Assembly: GCA_002633005.1 (NCBI GenBank)
Contig: NMRA01000103.1
Coordinates: 403,612 to 467,611, forward strand
Direction of reading: 5' to 3'
DNA: 64,000 nucleotides
Source: Phoronis australis
Lineage: Eukaryota > Animalia > Phoronida
Each line of letters opens with the position of its first letter. Positions within the stretch are counted from its first letter, which is position 1. Made by a program: the position numbers and the translations under genes. The notes under the pieces were generated by a model. The model ran no database searches. It saw only the letters and a list, made by a program, of their open reading frames with translations, and was not told where the DNA came from. Below, in pieces: positions 1-12,646 of the stretch.

Positions 1-54
1 ATGTACATGTACATGTACATGTACATGTACATGTACATGTACATGTACATGTAC

Positions 55-114
<60 letters not shown>
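1..114. repeat. Compound hexamer microsatellite (ATGTAC)n changing to (ATGTAT)n
   Basis: Directly visible; the unit switches by a C>T change at about position 60. Confidence 0.95.
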
Positions 115-115
<1 letters not shown>

Positions 116-2010
116 CTGTTACTAGTTGACAAAGTCTGTTTTTGATATACAAGTTCGAATGGAAGCCACTAAATAAGGTTTGAGATAACCTTAAACCGGA
201 GAAGGGGTGTTTTATACTTAAAACCAAGTGTGCAGTAAATAACCTTTGCAGGTCATCTCATCAACTTGTAAACTCAATGAAAGCAGATCTCCACCATGTG
301 ATGAGTAGCAAGGTATTGTTCTAGAATGTGACAGCACTTTTTACATGATGCGTGTCTCAATCTCGTTTTCGCGAGTGACACAGACGAATGTGAGTCGGTT
401 GTAACTAAATCATCATGGTTTTCACTTGAAAAGGACGCGTCATGATTTATATTTTCCGGAAGTAAAAAGACGTAGAATTTGAGTTTTGACCTTTTACCAG
501 TCTGTTATTAAATGGGTCACGTGACCATTTAGCAAAATTAGCAAAAAAGAGGGGTACTTTGATAGGAAAATATCGGTATCACTAACATGATCAAATTTTA
601 TGTGACATAAAATTTCAAGGTACGATATAAAAACGCTTTTATATTTTACTAAAATATTTTCGTTTTATGCTTCTTTAAAGATTCTTCAGGAAAATCATCA
701 AAAGTCCTATTTTTAATAGCTTCTCATATAGAAAAAGAACATTTTAAAAACAAGATCTAACAGCATTTTTGAGAACAGCGTTTAAAACATGGCATAAGGA
801 ACTTTCATATAAATCTGGTCACCCATTTTTGAGACACGATGTTCCGAAGTCAGCCAAATGTGTAGCCGTTTAAAAGTTTTATAGAGTCCCACACGACCTT
901 AACAATCAATGACTAGGATGCTCATCTACTAAAGACGGCTAAAGCTTCACAGTCACGAGCGCATGCCCCCATGGCCCCCGGCCTTAGACGCTGCCATTGT
1001 TGAATTTCAAAGACCTGAAGGCGTAACTACTTTCGTTCCGTCCTGTGCGTTACGTGACGACAAGCAGTCATGGACACCCTAAAAGCAGTCACCTCATGGG
1101 TCACTTGCCTTCCGGTTTCATATTGCACGCCAGGATGTCGAAACAGCCAGCGTCGCAGTCCATCACGTCACCCATCTTTGTAGTCAAATACTCTCGCACC
1201 CAGGTCCTTTTTGGATTCCCAGGTGCAGCCTCCGCCTCCGAATGACGGGAAAGCTGAAATTTTGAACTCGACAGTTGTCAATATTACACAGTCAATCTAC
1301 TTTATGGGTCGGCTCTGACAAGGGCACGCTAATTGATGGGTCAAATGGTGTTAATTTTCTTTTCAGCGGCTGTCACGGTTAACAAGGTTCAAAACTTAGT
1401 CATTGAAGCAACAATTTCTAAGATCTGTTTTACAACAAATTGATAAAAAATCGCCAAGAAATTGTATCGTTCAGTCGTTTTTGTAGATACACATCATCAC
1501 GTTAACTAGGAAACAACGAACCACTGTACAAAATACTATGCTTGCAACACTTGCCGAAAGTGTGGATATTTCGTGTCATTATAAAACCACAGGGAGTGCG
1601 ATTTTCAAATTCTTCCCAAGTACAACCATTGCTTGATACCGGATAATGTTATAGTTTGTGATGCATTTTTAAATTTTGGCTGAATAGGTCGCATGCCTTG
1701 ATGGCGACGCCTCGCATGAAATTGTCCTGTGAGTTTCTCTAATCTACAGAATGGCAAAGAGGCAGTTGTACACGGACCTCTCAAATAGGGGAGCGGCTGT
1801 TAGAGGAGTCCTTAAATACGAAGGCCTTGGTCATTTAAAATAATGTTCGGTACATTCCTTGCGTAGATTCAGAAAATGGCCTCTACTGAAGTGGTTGGTC
1901 AGCGAAGCTATAATGTCAAATTAGGAGAGAAAACTTATTGCTTTCCGCTCCATGAACGAAGAATTCTCGCCGCCGGTGACTCGCGAATGTTTCATGATGC
2001 AAAACGCACT

Positions 2011-2343
2011 CTAATGATTTAAGCCCAAAATAAAAAGGTGTCGTCGACATAGACCTACCTTTTGCCCCAGTTCTTCGTTTTCATTCTTCAGAGTGTATTC
2101 GCTTTGCTGGAGCTGGGTGATTTTTCGCTGTTGTTGAACAACCAGCATGCGCAGCTCGTTCACCTGGTGTATATCGAAGAGATAATAATAAAAAACTGCT
2201 TCAGGTATAGATTCAGGAATTCCGAGCCTCCGCCCGTAATAATACACGTATATATGCGCGCATGCGCTCTTTGCTTTGAAGTCAGACTGGATGATGCTTG
2301 AAATCGCCGTGGTTTTGTTTACATCAAAGGTATCAGGTCGCAT
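2011..2343 (-). CDS. Putative orphan 110-aa protein, Tyr-rich middle and coiled-coil-like C-terminus
   Basis: ATG-initiated ORF with aaaATG context and a heptad-like LVVQQQRKITQLQQSEYTLKNENEEL segment. Upstream on the - strand are a donor AAG|GTAAGG (3036-3037) and a TGCGCATGCG NRF1-like motif (3155-3164), suggesting a 5'UTR exon. No homology recognised. Confidence 0.35.
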   Translation of the reverse strand: MRPDTFDVNKTTAISSIIQSDFKAKSACAHIYVYYYGRRLGIPESIPEAVFYYYLFDIHQVNELRMLVVQQQRKITQLQQSEYTLKNENEELGQKVGLCRRHLFILGLNH

Positions 2344-5307
2344 TTTCCATATAAAGGAAATGTGCTACGTCTTTGCATTGTCAGACCAAATAAGAAGACA
2401 TGCTTTGACAGGTCGTTTTTTGAAATTTGAAACTAAAGGAAAATGCTTTGACATTAACAGAAATTCAAAATCAGAATTCAAAACAAACCGCAAAACGCCT
2501 GGTGAATAGTTTGACTTCTGTTTCAGTGGCTGATGACCACTTTGAATAATGCAATTAAGTCTGATTTTAACGTTCTATGTCACTTTGCCTGAGTATTACA
2601 ATTACTTTGAGAGTAATATGTATAGGGAATTGTTTTAGTGAGTTATAGAAAACGCCCTATAGGGATTTCTACAAGTTCCAATGCGAAATTCTATGATCGG
2701 CCGATGGTCAGCGGAAGCTACACGCAGCCAATCTACCTCCGTCAATTTTCATGTGTAGTATGACATATACAGTATCGCATGGCACTCAACCAATGTTGTT
2801 ACAACGGAGTCATGCCTTGTTCATTGTAACTCCTTCCCCCCTCGATCGAAACTCATTTCAGTTTTGCACTTCCCCCTCCTGGGTAAGGAGTGTCACTCAT
2901 TTCAGCCAGCCTTGTCCCTCCCTACAGTGTATTTCTGCCTACGCCAGAAGACCATATAATCGACGGAGTGGAACGACTACTTGTGTACGCATGAAGTACG
3001 TTTAAAAGTCCGCCTGGACTTTTTGCAACTGCCTTACCTTGTTCTGCAAGTCGAACTTGTAAAGATTTAGAAGATCGATTTGTTCACGTGCGCAAATTAC
3101 GTCAGCAACCACACTTTTCATAGCCACNATTCTGTTGACCTCTAGATCTGTGGCTGCGCATGCGTTGTTGTAATGTTTATAATCAGTTTAGCGGTCGGGA
3201 TACTAAATTCTTTGTAAACATTTCATTCGTTTGTAGTAATTACAACGATTTTTTTCAAACTTTTTGCACAAGTTGAAAGTTAATAACTTTTTGAACTCCA
3301 TATCACATCAAAAAACCGGCTTAAACGGCGTTAAGAGGTTTTTTTCTTCTATAACTCGGACCATAGGCCTTTAAGCCGAGTGTGTCAACGTGTGCCGCCA
3401 ACATCGACAACTATTGTCGTTCGGGCGGGTAGGTAGTCAAGGTCTCGTATTGTACGCGGCATATATTCTCGCCCTGGTGACACTGAGTATGTATTGAGTG
3501 CGACAATATATGTCACAGCAGCGTCTGTGCTGATATCCCCACTCACTAACGAATAGACACTGCCCTGTTTTCCAAATTGTTAAATGCGATTTTCTGGTCT
3601 CCCAATTGAAGAACGCATAACCACAAACGGCTTTGAGAGAGAACCGTCTACTCAACATTGACAGCACAAGGAATGCTACGAGGAGGACTTGTGACATGAT
3701 GTCAACACAGAAGATGTAAGAAAACACGTCATTTGCTGCCAGAACTGAAGCCACACACACCGACAATTCATTACGAAAGGATTGGCGTTTTGGTCTAACA
3801 CACTTTTGAAGGAATAAGAGCAAGACACGTGCACGAAACCCTGTACAATCATTATTCTTAAAGCATCTTAAACCCGTCAGCCGTCAAAAACAATCGTTAA
3901 CTTAGACGACATTTTACGGCCAGGAAACAGGCCACGGTCGTACGGACAAAGTGTCAAAAACCTGTTCTTCACTACATACCATTTGACTGACTTATGACAT
4001 TTACCGTATAGAAGCAATCACTTTAGCTGAGATGCTTGATCTAACCAAAGGCTCTTCGCAGATATTGGAAAATTTTATAATTTCTAGTAGGCAAATACGC
4101 GTATAATTTGCGATATAATCTACACTCCAGATAAGGAAATGCACTCAGCATTTTGTATATACAACAGTCACGTTGCAACACCATGCAACGCGACGACCAG
4201 AAATTCCTTATTATAAGGTAGCCAAAATTCCAACGTCCTCAGCATGAGCTGGCTTTTTTTTGCACTGCGATCCAATTCACACGGGTCCTTTCTCAGTGAA
4301 TGGCCGGATGCTACAATCAATACGCACAGCCCCGAATGAAACACTCCATAAACGCACGTTTGTGGCCTCGTTTTGACAAGAGTGCGGTGACCTGGGAGCG
4401 CAGTTGCATCAAGTTGGTCTTGTACTTGCTCCTGCAGTCGTTGAACTGTTTCTCGCGTACGACTCCTTTATCCTGAAACGTAACAGTGGTAAGTTTTACG
4501 AGAACAAAGTACCGTTAATTACCACTGTATGGGAACACAAGTTTGTCGACACAGTGTTACTGAGAATTTAAATGGGCAGCATTTGAACGTGTGCTGGCTA
4601 CACTGATGGACCGATTTTAATAGTCCCACGGAGCCGCCGTCTTATCGGCCACTAAAAGCAGAAGTCGCGACCACTTAGAAACTCGAATGAATCAAGTTAA
4701 CGGCCCGTGTTGTTATCGTGTTTATAACTATGAACGCTTACTCGCCGTGTTAAAGAATACTAAGAAGCAAAGAGTTCGACCCAATACATTAACGTTCTTA
4801 AAGATTGTGCTGCACACGGTTTTTCTGAGAATTTCCGAAAATAGGCTCATGGGCGTATATTCAGAAAACGACTTTTCAAAATCGTCCAACTGTTTTAAAT
4901 AATCGGGTCTTTTTAATTCACGTGGTTGTATCTCACTAGAGAGAGTTTTATTCACCAATAATTATTTCGCAAAGAGGAGCGTTAAAACTGTCCTTCATGT
5001 CGTGCTAATACGGTTAGTTTCCAACCAAGTAAGTCAATGTCTCGTGAAATGATATTCAATTGACTGAAATCGTGATCATAAAAGTATTACGTTTCGCCAA
5101 ATTAACAAAAATTACGTACATGTGTTTTAGAACAATCCATCTGATTTTACAAACATGTAAACAAGTACAGAAAATATGCCCATGGGCGTACTTTTGGAAA
5201 ATTTTCCGAAAAATATGAATTGGGATCCTTAATGTAGTCCATTATGAAAGCTGCAAAAAGCGAAATATTGAGCTAGGTACGTGACTACTCTGTGATTAAA
5301 ACTTTAT

Positions 5308-5888
5308 TCAGCGTACCACGAGATCTTTGTTGTCGTAGAGGAGCGTAGCGATTTTCTGACGCTGCTCTCGAACGATGGAAGACTTTTGATGGTAAAGCCA
5401 TTCCGTTTGCTGGAGTTTTTTCTCGACACGTGCGCAATGTTGGAAAAGCTTAATAATGACTTCTTTCACCACCTCACTTTGAACGTGACCATAGTCCGCA
5501 GTGACGGTGGAAGACATGTCGCCGATACAAAAAAAACGAACCAGCTTAGGCCAGAGGTATGAGAATGTCACGTCCGCGCTTTGGTTCTCTTCTGTTCCTT
5601 TTTCTGAAGTTGTCGGCTCAACGCTTCGGGTGCGAGTCTGTAAACCATGTAGTAGACTTTCAGTAGCTGAGCGAGAAACATTGCATCTTTTATGTCTGCC
5701 GACTGTATGTCAACATTATTTTGTAGCCAAAAAATGCTCGGAAGATACGAGTACACATACGACGTAATTCTTGTATAACATACATAGTTCATCAGTTCAG
5801 GCCGTAACAATACAATATTCTTTCTGTGTAAGACATACAAATAAATCAAGTAAACATCTACGAATAGTATCATATTTACGTCAGTCAT
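5308..5888 (-). CDS. Two abutting short orphan ORFs (5568-5888, 5308-5571), Tyr-rich and coiled-coil-like
   Basis: ORF track; weak by-eye resemblance to the 2011-2343 ORF (IKDAMFLAQLL vs IPEAVFYYYLF; EQRQKIATL vs QQQRKITQL). Confidence 0.2.
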
Positions 5889-7098
5889 AAATACGATTTA
5901 TGTCAGACACAAATGGTATTTAGATTCGACATGCAATGTATTTACGCTTGACAAAAGTGTGACTTATGAGGTATCTGATGCCAGCCAATGAATCTCCAAA
6001 CTGCACTCGAGGTGCTGAGAGTTCGTTGTATGTCTAGCTCATACGAAAGATATCACCGCTCCGTTTCATTTAAGGTAAGTCTCAAGCTTGATTGCCTACA
6101 CTACGTCAACTGCATTGTCCAACAAGCGCAATGTAGCATGTAATGGAATGGGAACATTCATTTCTGTCTAAGTTAAAACTAAAATAGTTTCATGAAATGG
6201 AGCCCAGATATGTATAAATGTACTCACAGTGCCACAGAGTTTCTTAATGTAATAGAATTATTAGTGTGCTTGAATGTGTTTGCGTGAGTGGAATCAACAC
6301 CTTGGAGCTTCAGATAACTCACGCACCATTTGCAGTGACTGATGCTCTTCCTGCGATGATCGATACGATATACTACTGGTCGGAGTACACCTGCCTACCG
6401 AAGGGAGCTGATTAAGCTCACCAGTGACGTCACAGCAAGGCGTACCCGAAGTAAGGTTGGGGAGTTCTTCCTCAGAGATGTTGGTTGGAACCAGGGTGAC
6501 CTGTATTTCGGGAATTCGTATTGGATTCTCAGCCCGATGTGCATTGCCTAAGAGTGCAATTTTCAGTTTTAGTTTGTGTTTGCGCATTTTAGATCTATAG
6601 CGAAAGATTGTTTTAGACAAACGTCAAGTAACTCTAGCGAGTTGTTGCATAAGATTATAATGGTGGCTATTTAACATAGTTTCCCAGTGTTGATAACGTG
6701 TTAACTTCGTACTCGAAAAACTTGTTTACTTAGTTCTTACCCTTTCCTTTCACAGGCACCGGCGTGGCGTCTCTGCAGTCCCCAGCTTCGGGAACGCTAG
6801 ACTTTACCACTGGTCTGGAAAGCACATTTGATAAGTGCCGTACTCATGCAGTTATATAGTTAGACAAGCTATAAGAAATATGTCACTGGAACACGCACTC
6901 CGTTGTTCTTTTCACTGAGAGAGGTACGTTCCTTCTCGGTGCTACTCCAGGGATTACACTGTGAAAAAGCTCGTGGTGGGGGTGTCTGTTCGCAATGGAT
7001 TGTGGGAAATCGTTACTTTTAGCAGGCCATTTCATTTTTATTGAGTTACCAAGTGGTGAGAAGGAAATCTTTACACTGGTATGGGTATACATCAGTTT

Positions 7099-10000
7099 TC
7101 ACTTGCCCGTCAAGAGATCAGGATCCACCACGTGTTGGCCTATGTTTACGATGAGTATATTGATACCGTCATTTCGTTTTACTGCATTTTTCAATGTCAA
7201 CGGAATTTGTTTAACTAAAACTGGGCTAGACCTATAGCTAACTGTCTCGATAAGGCCGATACTTTTCAAATGATTGATTGGAAATCAACTAAGTAACACG
7301 ACAAAGAATAGGACACATTTTGGGACTCGAATACGGTGTCTGTAAAAGGATGGCACGGCAACTTTTTTTCTCCGTTGCTAACTGTATCGATAGACGTAGT
7401 ATCTCTATCGATAGACTTATTAACTCTATCGATAGACTTAGTATCTCTATCGATAGACTTACTAACTTTATCGATATACTTGGTATCTCTATCGATAGAC
7501 TTACTAACTCTATCGATAGACTTAGTATCTCTATCGATAGACTTACTAACTTTATCGATATACTTGGTATCTCTATCGATAGACTTACTAACTCTATCGA
7601 TAGACTTAGTATCTCTATCGATAGACTTAGTATCTCTATCGATAGACTTACATGTAGTAACTCTATCGATAGACTTACATGTAGTATCTCTATCGATAGG
7701 CTTACTAACTCAATCGATAGACTTATTAACTCTATCGATAGACTTACTAACTCTATCGATAGACTTACTAACTCTATCGATAGAGTTAATAAGTCTATCG
7801 ATAGAGATAGTAAAGCTATCAATAGAGATACTAAGTCTATCGATAGAAACATTTTGTGCACGTTCATACTTCATACGCCATGGCGCAACGCCAAACCATA
7901 AAAACTGTACCTGAACAACACGTCGTCGTTCACAAGTGATTCGTCTGCATCCACTTTCGCTCTGGGCGAGAGAGAGATTTCACCGTCTGACAAAATTCGA
8001 CCCCTGCCTAAGTCATGACGATCAAAAGTCATGTGACTAGTCAAGCGCACGAGCTCATCGTCCTCGTCAGACGACCCACCGGACGCGTGACCGCGGTCAG
8101 CGAGCTCATTGTAATTGTGTTGGCAAGCGTCTTCCATAAGAACAGTCTACAAATTTGAATAAGTTGCGAGGTTTGGATTCAAAGTGTACGCAATTTGTGT
8201 TGGAAATGTTGTAGTTTCTCATCATACGTCACAATTGGCACTATTGTGACGATCACAGCTAAGTCGTTGCTTGATCGTGTTGGGTGATTTAGCGAGTGCT
8301 GGAATAGGTGATTTAATTTAGCACAAGAAATAATGACGTAACACAAAATATTTCGTTTTTTAGGAGTTGATGCTGTTCACTACTTGCACAAATTCATCAT
8401 TATGCTCGAAAACGAAGTGCTGTGTCCGTGAAACTACAAATGCTTCTTCATATTTGGAACACGTGCGCTTTCAAGACGAGGCATTCAATGCTCTTAGACA
8501 ACAATGCACAACAATCATTTTTGCAGCTGCGCCACCAAAGTGTTCAAGTAATGAATAGGCTTTCTGTCTTATCTGCTTCACAATTGGGTTCCGTCTTGGC
8601 GGTAACTGAGAAAACATTTTGGACACTGTGCACGCGTTGGCTACACACAGCTTTGAAAACGGATTTTACACCTTTAAACATTGTCGTTTGGCAGCCTGTA
8701 ACGCCCAAGATACCTGCCTCAGCCAACTATCTCATATTTGTAAGTTATCGGTGATTTCCAGACGACCTCTATGACATTTTCTACATACCTGATACTCTGA
8801 GCTGTTGTAGAAGTACTGGTCTTCCTCCTCTTCGTAGCTGGAACCAGAGGCCGAGGCGGATGGAGACTTCGAATGTCGCGATGAAGATTGCTGATCTCGT
8901 TGACTGCGCTCCGTGCTGCAGTAGGCATCGGAATCTGGCACAGAAAAAGATGTCCTCAGTGACCAGATTACTCAACTCGAACCTCCAATTGTGTGAGGGG
9001 GATACATGTATTTCGCGACATGTCTCGGCAGACGACGACAACTTCGCCGAAGCAATATTTGCTCAAAGTTTTGTCTACTGTATTTTGACGTTAGCGGTGG
9101 CCATACGGGTGGCTGTATGACTAACGTTTGAAGTGTGGTGGCCGTTTTTCATTATGGTTTGCAATTATTTGAGGAAAACCGAGTGTTCCTTGCGTGCATG
9201 GTAGCGATGTCACGGAGAGGGCCGCGCCAAAAATAAAACAATACCAACAACAATTTGTTACAGCAACACCACGGATAGCCATTACTCAGCTCAAACAGAG
9301 TTGAAGGGCCATCGATCGGAACGTTTTTCACGAATTTGTGGAATGGTCATAAATCAAAAGAAAGGGAGATAAAATAGTTGTTGAGGCTAGCACTAACCAA
9401 ATCAAAGCCTATATGCGGGGAACCACAAACAGCCATACCTGGTTATATTTCGCCTCTTTTTACAATTATCTAACAACAACGCATCAAATCGTCTGCTAGC
9501 CAGTCAGTTAGCTTTTATATAAAGACCTAACGTCAAAATGTGTTTTGTATACAGCTTTGCAAGGCTAATTGTCTGCCATCTTGAATTCTCAGTTTTTGAC
9601 CTAATGAAGCTTTGTAGTGACCCGACTGTCAGACAATGAGCTAAGTGAATGCTTTAGTTCAAAAGTCCACCAAAAAGTAAGATATGAAAACGGCGGAGTG
9701 ACAAGCGAGTAGTAAAACGGCGAATCTTTGAGTGAATACCTTCTTTTTGAAGAGCTTGATGATTTGCGATCACTTATACCATGGGCGGCGCATCACAGAA
9801 ATAAGTGGGGCTATAGCACACACCCCGCGCCCTATGGTGCGCCGCCCACGTACACTCGCATTTTTATTTCTTCAGATAAATGCTGGCAAGGGATCGTAAT
9901 TTCGGTGTGCTTAGGTTTAATGTTAGTCGGTAAACAGGGTTAGAAGTCCGCACGGTGAAAGTGCTACACACATCATACTCGAACTGAATGTCAAACATTA

Positions 10001-11314
10001 AACCACATGCGGCGAAATTGCAATTGGATTTATCTTAAGAAATAATACGGGGGAATCTAACTGCACAGAAATCAAGAACTTCGAAAGAACTTGTGCACTC
10101 GTAGATTCGACTTTTTACTTTTCGCTTGTCACTCCGCCATTTGCATTAACCTATCGTTGAGCTCACGAACCAAAGCATTCCCTGGGCTCATTGGCTGGCA
10201 TTCGGGTCACAACTTGACGTCATTAGGTCAAAACTAAGGGTAGAAGATGGCAGACGATTTGATTCGTCGTTGTCAGAGGAGTGTAGTAAGAGAAGAAAAA
10301 TAACTGGTAACACCTTTTGTGTTTTTCCAAACGTGTCAAGGGAACTTGATTTGGTTAGTTCCGGTACGAACACACTGAACAAGAATTCTCCTACCATTCT
10401 TTCGGTTTATATCCATTTCACCAAGTAGCGAAAAGCCCTCTGATGGACCTTCTTTAAGAGCCGATCAGTATTGACTAGTTTAATGTTTCACGTGCAATCC
10501 GAGAATGACATTGATGACTAAATTCTACACTTTCATACGGACTTCCAACCCTCTTTAGGGGTTGGTTCACCGACTAGCCCCACGGAACGTTACATTGTGC
10601 TTCACCGATGGGGCACTCTTCTAACACTCTACAACCCTTTCTGTAACACTTACTACATGCTAACAGACTTCTGGGTACAAAAGTCCACGTATTTGCCGCG
10701 TGAGGGCGTTTGGATTGCCACCAGGTTAAACATCAAGGTAAACGCACTTATCGTTCGGGATGAGATATTTTCATTTGAGTAAGACAAGCCACCTTACTTG
10801 ACATGACATCGGATGATCGTCTTTGTCTACCTCCGCTACGCGTCAAGGGTTCGCTTTCACTTCCAGAGTCGTCATCGTTAAAGTTCCAGCGATTCGTTTC
10901 TCCCGAGTTAGTGACTGAGTATACTTTGGCTCGACAGCAAGGTGATCGACATTGCTTAACATTGTTTAACGGAACGCATTTGCTGTTACGATGCACTTTC
11001 TGGTCTTTACGTGAACTTCGCTTATTACTGCGGTTAGAATTGCGCTCTTGATTTCGCGTCAGCTTCAGGTTATCGCCTTCAATATTCTGTACGCGCGTTT
11101 TATGCGACTCTTCGCTGCTGTTATCAAACTTCAACTTTTTACTTCCGGATTTGTTCACAAGCCTTTTAAGAAAATGAAAGGGCTGAAGTGGATCCATATC
11201 TTGCTTCAAATTTGATAAAAACGCAGCTCTGAACGTGATTAACCAAGAGCACGTTTCGCAATTCTTGTCACACGTGTGTTGAACAAGTCCTCCGTAGTTT
11301 GCATAGAAATCCAA
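7099..11314 (-). CDS. Putative multi-exon Ser/acidic-rich orphan gene: exons ~11314-10798, 8934-8789, 8146-7911, possibly 7231-7099
   Basis: Donors A|GTAAGG, CAG|GTATGT, AG|GTACAG and acceptors tctgtgccag, aatttgtag, gctatag give a continuous frame (phases 1,0,2). The start codon is uncertain and no domain was recognised. Confidence 0.35.
7384..7847. repeat. Array of 22 ~21-bp units with core palindrome TCTATCGATAGA; spacer orientation flips near 7780; possibly the internal array of a foldback element starting TACGG at 7332
   Basis: Counted 22 units, 20 with a perfect TATCGATA. There is an 84-bp higher-order duplication (7441 vs 7525). Confidence 0.9.
9692..10138. mobile_element. MITE-like element with ~45-bp imperfect terminal inverted repeats and an internal inverted repeat
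   Basis: GGCGGAGTGACAAGCGA...GAGTG at the left is mirrored at 10093-10138. Internal pair gggcggcgca / tgcgccgccc lies at 9783-9847. Confidence 0.65.
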
Positions 11315-11349
11315 GCTTTGCTTCTTTAAAAGATTTATAGGTTGTTATC

Positions 11350-11983
11350 ATGATCATGCCCCGAATGAAGAAGAATTTTGATGTGAGGAATTGTCGTACA
11401 AATGATGAGGTGCTACAAACACACAAATTTGCGTCCCGTTGGACAATAATGCAGCACCAGGATTTCGCCGACGACACGGAGATCAATAAGGAGAAAGAAA
11501 AGCTCAGATTTCTTCAAGGTCAACAGCACGTGCTCAATGAACGCATTGATAGCTATAGAAAGGTGCATCTCTATCTCTAATTAAAATTTGTTTACTAAGT
11601 TTAATAAAAGTAACATTAAATTCCCACTGAATGCTGAGAATGGCAATGAGCACGATGAACACGTCGCCTACTTGTAAACTTGAAACAAAACTTCTGGTGC
11701 TCCTAAATTAGACTGATTGATGCAACTGCCCGTCAGGCTAGGTGTAATGTTTCAGGAATACAGCGACGCACAAGACCTCTTCAACCGTCTTCAAGACGAG
11801 GCCTCTGGAGGGGACGTCACGTCACGCGCTTCAGTTGAAGCCCACGCCAAAACAGTATGCTGCAGGGACAAGTACGCTTTTATGCTTAAACGGGAACACA
11901 AGAACCGAGAAAGATTTGCTCAGGTGTGTTGTTGTAGTATGTGTAGCCATCTTGAAGTTTTACGAGTCCTCTTTTTCTTCTAA
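11350..11983 (+). CDS. Putative two-exon coiled-coil orphan (11350-11562 + 11756-11983) with Cys-rich tail
   Basis: AAG|GTGCAT donor and tttcag|GAA acceptor join in phase 0 (…NERIDSYRK|EYSDAQDLFNRLQDE…), continuing a helical pattern. Confidence 0.3.
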
Positions 11984-12646
11984 ATTTGTGAAACTGTATT
12001 ATGCGCCAATTGGCTTTCTGCCATGAAATAGATCGTCAACTATTGGCCAGTTTGTTTCCTCGACGACTTCATCTTCATCCACGTGCTTACGTTCATTTCA
12101 TGACTGGTTTCATTTCGTTGTAATTTTTAGTATTTTATTATCAACAAAAATAATTTCTGACTAAATTTTGCTTCCGCGAAAATGTCGGAAAATTATCATA
12201 TGGCCTGGCTCTTGTAGGTCCTTGGACAGGGCCCTCTATATTAACATAGAAAGACCCATTCGAAAATGAAGTTTAGGTTATGTCATTTTAATAAGAAAGT
12301 CATTTAAAATGATAAGCTGTTTGACGGTCTGTTTCACGGCTGAAAGTCGGTCGTTCCACAAAGTTCTCGTTAGATTAACGGCAAAACAGTGTTTTGTCAA
12401 CGCCCGTAACCTATGTGCTTTTCTCAAACAAAAATGTAGTTTAAATGACATCAATTATGTGCAAGACTTTTTACCCAGTTCGTTCCAAAGCTGTATATTT
12501 ATGCAGTTTTGTACCAAGGCTAACTCTGAAGATACTGTCAGCTTTCTGGTGTCTAAGCTGATTGACCTTATTCCAATGGAATTCACTATTTCTTGAGCCA
12601 ACACTGGTGTGTAGTAATTTATTCCTATGAAGCAGCGAAGCTTTAA

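Noticed and set aside
7289-7914. Three ~190-aa ORFs (SIDRL/LSIEL repeats) and a CRISPR-like look
   Set aside because: By-product of a stop-free 21-bp tandem unit. The spacers are short and repetitive, there are no cas genes, and the context is eukaryotic.
1-12600. Endogenous virus or Polinton
   Set aside because: No polB, integrase, ATPase, protease or capsid motifs and no terminal repeats seen; kept only as an orphan cluster.
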